A stretch of DNA of 64,000 bases. Source: a virus. Shown one piece after another: positions 60,489 through 64,000 of the stretch. The position numbers and the translations under genes are program-made. Position 1 is the stretch's first letter. Each line of letters opens with the position of its first letter. The notes under the pieces were generated by a model, which saw nothing but the letters and a program-made list of their open reading frames with translations, did not search any database and was not told the DNA's origin. Where the stretch lies: IMG/VR virus record IMGVR_UViG_3300008050_000030. One strand, 5' to 3'.

Positions 60489-63092
60489 CTACGCCTGGGC
60501 GTCGACCCCGTTGCTGGGCGCCTGGAGCGCTCCCAGCACCTTCTGACCGATCGCGGTGCCGCCGAGGACCGTGGCGATCGTGCCGCCGAAGTCCCCGCCG
60601 TCCAGCGCCGTCTGGACCTTGAGGGCCTCCGCGAGCTGGATGACCGTCTGCTTGTCGCCCAGGGCCATGATGGCCTGGGAGACGTCACCGCTGACGGCCT
60701 TCGCCTTGTCGGTGAACGCGGCCGTCTGCGCCTGGATGAGGGCCAGCTCGATGACCTGCTTCGCCTGGGAGAAGGCGATCTCCTGGTCCTGCCCGGCCTT
60801 GCGCCGGGCGATGGCCGCCGTGTTCCGCTCGCCGTCGATCGCGTCGGAGGCCTTCTGCAGCTCGAGCTGCTGCTCGTGCTCGGCCTTGGTGGCCAGCTGC
60901 CGCGCCTCCGTCTCGGTCTTGAGCCGCGCGATGGCTTCCAGCTCGAGCTTGGCGTTCAGCGCCGCGGTCGCATCCTTCACCTCCATGCCCTGACGCTTGA
61001 GGTCCTCACGCTCGGTGGTCGCCTTCAGCTGACGACGCGCCTGCTCCAGGCTCAGGTTGAGGGTGATGGCCTCGACGGCCGCGTTGGTCAGCTGCTCGCC
61101 GATCTGGCGGTGGAGGATCTGGATGTCCAGCACCTCCACGTCCTTCACGTGCAGCCCGTTCTCCTCGAAGCTCAGCCCCGCACGGGACGCGGCCTCGGTC
61201 TTCTTGCCCTCCTTCTTCTCGCCCAGGATGGTGTCGCGGACGAACGCCTCGCCGTTCTTGAAGAACGACTCGATGCTCTCCTTGCGCACCGCCGCCCGCA
61301 GCATGCTGCGCGCCCGGTCCGTGAGCATCTTCACGTAGTTGTCCACGGTGAACCACTTGCTGTCGTCGCCGGTGAAGTCGCACCGGAAGGACAGCTTGAG
61401 GTTCACCTTGACGTGGTCCGACGTCTCGACGGTGACCACGTCCGACACCTGGTTGTTGGCGACGCGCAGGTACACGTCGGTGATCAGGCGATCCGTCGTC
61501 TTCGGCTTGCCCGTGGACAGGCTGAAGTACTCCAGGTCCTCGTCGTACGCCAGCAGCACCGGGGCCGGGCCCGTCACCACTCGGCGGTTCCCCTGCTTGT
61601 CCACGATCTGGACCGCGTAGCCCGTGTGGATGTTGAGGAGCGGGGCGCCGTTGAAGCGGCCCGAGAGGGTCACCATCCGCGGCTCGGTGAAGTTGGACTT
61701 GCGGGTGAACTCGTCGCCCACCGCGGAGCCCGTGCCGTAGGAGACCGAGGACCGCGCGGCGACGGCGCCGTCGATGTTCTCGGTGCCCCCGCCAGCCCGA
61801 CGGATCTTCTTGTTCCGGCGCACCTGGCCCTCGGACACGGTGCCCGCCCGGGTGGACGGCGTGCCGCGCATGGCCCGGCGGAGGGCGTCGTTGTACTCCA
61901 TCACCTCCTGGTTGTTGGGGTACCAGTGGCCACACTGGCGGGGGGACAGGATGCGACGGACGATCACCTCCTCGACGGGGTTGGGGAGCAGCATCGCCGG
62001 CCCCTTGACCATGCGGATGACGCCCGTGGTGCGGTTCATGACGTACCGCGCGTCGCCCGCGGGGATGGCCACCGCGTAGGACTTGGCCTCGCCGTCGTAC
62101 TTCACGAACGAGACGTGCTCGGTCGGGAAGAAGATGGTGGTGTCCTTGCCCGTGATGAAGACCTCCTGGCCCTCCTCGAACTCGCGCCCCTTCTTGCCGT
62201 AGACCCCGTTGGTGTCCTTGAACCCCGCGATGAAGCGGAGGTGGACGCCCTGGATCGGCGACAGCTCGATGGGGCTGAAGATGCGAATCGGGTTGCCCGC
62301 CTCGTCGATCTCCTCGGAGTGGAACCGCTGCGTCGGCGCGGGGAACACCACCGCCGGGCCGCGGACGAACGACTTGTCGCCGCTCTCGTCGACCAGGATG
62401 CAGTACTCGAGCCGCTCCAGCGTCACCGCGTCGCGGACGTACGTCTTGTGCCGGTCCGGGACCACCTCCACGCCCGTGGGCGGGATGTAGTAGGACACGT
62501 CCGTGCCCTTGACCAGGTACAGCTTGCCCTCGGCCAGGTCGGCCGGGATGCCGCTGTCCGCCGAGGCGATCTCCGTCGAGGCGGTCTCCTCGCCCTGGTT
62601 CTCCGGGTTGGGGGCGGCCGGCTTCATGACCGCCGAGCCCCAGTTCTCCCGCGCGTCGTCCGCGTCGTAGACGCGGATCAGCAGGTACTGGTTGCTCCGG
62701 AGCTGGTGCCCCGGGATCAGCTCGACGTGCTGGTGCGGCCAGGGGACGAAGTTCGCCGGGCCGTTGATGACGACGCGGCGGCCCATGTCCAGCTCGGCGC
62801 TGGGGCGGCTGCCCTTGATCGGGAACGGGGCGTCGTCGGACGCCGGGTTCTCGAGGATGGCGTACTGGCCCTTCTCCACCAGGATGGCGTTGTGGACGGC
62901 GTCGTACATCTGGTCGACGGCCAGGATGGCGCGCTGGCGGTGGTCGTAGTTGACGGCCTGCTCGGCACCGCTGATCTTGACGACGGTGGGCCCCACGTGC
63001 ACGTGGACGACTCCGGTCGTCGACGTGTCCTGCACGAAGGCGTACTGCCCCACGGGCAGCACGAGGTCACTGTTGTTTCGGCGAGGATCCAT
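60489..63092 (-). CDS. major vault protein (MVP) homolog
   Basis: Colinear with eukaryotic MVP: repeat domains, then VVTVETSDHVKVNLKLSFRCDF (compare [22 protein letters not shown]), shoulder WFTVDNYVKMLTDRARSMLRAAVRKESIESFFKN, cap-helix coiled coil; CACCTGGAGATAGAGAATG start context. Confidence 0.85.
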   Translation of the reverse strand: MDPRRNNSDLVLPVGQYAFVQDTSTTGVVHVHVGPTVVKISGAEQAVNYDHRQRAILAVDQMYDAVHNAILVEKGQYAILENPASDDAPFPIKGSRPSAELDMGRRVVINGPANFVPWPHQHVELIPGHQLRSNQYLLIRVYDADDARENWGSAVMKPAAPNPENQGEETASTEIASADSGIPADLAEGKLYLVKGTDVSYYIPPTGVEVVPDRHKTYVRDAVTLERLEYCILVDESGDKSFVRGPAVVFPAPTQRFHSEEIDEAGNPIRIFSPIELSPIQGVHLRFIAGFKDTNGVYGKKGREFEEGQEVFITGKDTTIFFPTEHVSFVKYDGEAKSYAVAIPAGDARYVMNRTTGVIRMVKGPAMLLPNPVEEVIVRRILSPRQCGHWYPNNQEVMEYNDALRRAMRGTPSTRAGTVSEGQVRRNKKIRRAGGGTENIDGAVAARSSVSYGTGSAVGDEFTRKSNFTEPRMVTLSGRFNGAPLLNIHTGYAVQIVDKQGNRRVVTGPAPVLLAYDEDLEYFSLSTGKPKTTDRLITDVYLRVANNQVSDVVTVETSDHVKVNLKLSFRCDFTGDDSKWFTVDNYVKMLTDRARSMLRAAVRKESIESFFKNGEAFVRDTILGEKKEGKKTEAASRAGLSFEENGLHVKDVEVLDIQILHRQIGEQLTNAAVEAITLNLSLEQARRQLKATTEREDLKRQGMEVKDATAALNAKLELEAIARLKTETEARQLATKAEHEQQLELQKASDAIDGERNTAAIARRKAGQDQEIAFSQAKQVIELALIQAQTAAFTDKAKAVSGDVSQAIMALGDKQTVIQLAEALKVQTALDGGDFGGTIATVLGGTAIGQKVLGALQAPSNGVDAQA

Positions 63093-63172
63093 TCTCTATC
63101 TCCAGGTGCACACGGGGAACGGCCCGTATACTGCTCAAGTTGTGATGGCCACCGTCTGGCCGGGAGTCTTGA
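63093..63172. promoter_or_regulatory. divergent intergenic region (MVP-like gene / + gene)
   Basis: 80 bp containing GTATAC and CAACTTGAGCAG half-site-like sequences. Confidence 0.4.
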
Positions 63173-63370
63173 ATGAAGTTGCAGATGTCCGTGATCGATG
63201 GGGAGGTGCCTGCGTCTCCGGAGGAGATGAAGGCTCTCGTGGACGAGGAGCTCGCCCGCTTCGATCGGTGGTGGGCGGCACAACCGGGCCACGAGGACCC
63301 GATGCACCCGCTGGAGCGGATGCTGGTGGCCACCTACATCGTGCAGAAGCTCAGGGGAGAGATCCCCTAA
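63173..63370 (+). CDS. hypothetical small protein (65 aa)
   Basis: GGGAG SD; high GC3. Confidence 0.55.
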   Translation: MKLQMSVIDGEVPASPEEMKALVDEELARFDRWWAAQPGHEDPMHPLERMLVATYIVQKLRGEIP

Positions 63371-63492
63371 TGAACGCTCGAGACCTCTACCCTATGGTCG
63401 CACGGGGCGCCGGCGGTGGAGGTATGCACCGTTCTCTGCAGTACGGGGCTTATCCCCGGCATCCCGTGGGTCTTTCGCGGTAGGAGTCGTTC

Positions 63493-64000
63493 GTGGTCTG
63501 GACATCCTCACAGACGTCGGCCCTGACGGCGCAGTCCCAGCAGGGCTTCATGCAGCAGGCCCAGATGTCGCAGCAGATCGGCGTCTCCGTCGGCACGGCG
63601 CCGGCCTACATGCACGGGTACCAGAACCCGACTCCGCGCTTCGCACAGAACATGGCCGCCACTGGAGGCATGGGGATCCCTCTGGCGTCGGGCATGGCTC
63701 ACGGGGCGCTCGCCTACGCGGCCCCCACGGTCTTCAACCCGATGTCGGCCGGCATGGCGGGGTACGGCGCAGCCGGTGCAGCCGGCATGGGGACGGTCGG
63801 CGCGGTGGGCATGGGGCTCGGGGCCGCGGCGCTACCCATGGCCGGGATCGCCGCAGGGGCTCGGATGGGGCAGGAGGCCTTCGCCGGCTTCCGGCACGGA
63901 GCCTCGTTCCGCCAGCAGGCGTCGGCGAACATGAACTTCGTCAACACGTCCAGCATGACCGGGCGCGGGATGGCCACCAAGCAGGTCACCGAGATGGCCA
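63493..64000 (+). CDS. Gly/Ala/Met-rich protein, 3'-truncated
   Basis: GTG after AGGAG; very high GC3; GMG/AAG repeats; continues past window end. Confidence 0.6.
   Translation, partial: MVWTSSQTSALTAQSQQGFMQQAQMSQQIGVSVGTAPAYMHGYQNPTPRFAQNMAATGGMGIPLASGMAHGALAYAAPTVFNPMSAGMAGYGAAGAAGMGTVGAVGMGLGAAALPMAGIAAGARMGQEAFAGFRHGASFRQQASANMNFVNTSSMTGRGMATKQVTEMA

Noticed and set aside
63370-63483. 37-aa + ORF and 20-codon minus ORF next to the motif copy at 63446
   Set aside because: Low GC3 in both. The interval looks like an intergenic region carrying a minus-oriented cassette copy.
1-64000. CRISPR arrays, insertion sequences, rRNA genes, integrase or recombinase
   Set aside because: No regularly spaced identical repeats with unique spacers, no transposase-like ORFs with terminal inverted repeats, and no rRNA-like conserved stretches were seen.

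Overview
High-GC (about 67%) window that is densely coded and phage- or prophage-like throughout (no rRNA, CRISPR, IS or integrase seen). Genes sit in alternating strand blocks: + 1-1090, - 1020-3148, + 3269-17759, - 17869-42370, + 42527-57586, - 57722-63092, + 63173-end. Block junctions carry GC-rich hairpins or divergent regulatory regions. Most gene junctions overlap by 1-4 nt (ATGA, GTGA, TGATG), implying translational coupling. Recognisable products: a four-domain nucleic-acid repair enzyme (LigD-type 3'-phosphoesterase + ATP-dependent ligase + P-loop kinase + KTSC, 4784-6991); a second ATP-dependent ligase (58316-59797); a 2H (LigT-like) phosphoesterase (37589-38059); a stand-alone P-loop kinase (34563-35012); a Pol-beta-type nucleotidyltransferase; a GIY-YIG nuclease; a PAPS-reductase/DndC-like protein; a SWIM zinc-finger protein; a DUF932-like protein; a sigma-70 family sigma factor (38725-39816); a HicA/STAS-like protein; a lysine-rich nucleoid-associated-like zinc-ribbon protein; an XRE HTH protein; an RHH protein; a GroES-like co-chaperonin; an endolysin (PG-binding + M15 peptidase); a metzincin-type protease; a SAM methyltransferase; two GT2 glycosyltransferases; and an 867-aa homolog of the eukaryotic major vault protein (60489-63092). 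Non-coding structure is unusually rich. A promoter/5'-UTR cassette (CAACTG-N-CAGTTG palindrome, then GGGATAAGAG, then GTAGACCACCAACCCCTGGAGATC, then ATG) recurs more than 20 times, mainly ahead of minus-strand genes between 18 and 42 kb. There is a 4x42-bp tandem repeat array, several operator-like palindromes, a 320-bp non-coding hub, a tRNA-like gene with a defective anticodon arm, a candidate small RNA ending in the only U-tract terminator of the window, and a canonical -1 slippery heptamer (GGGAAAT) at the end of a 310-aa gene.
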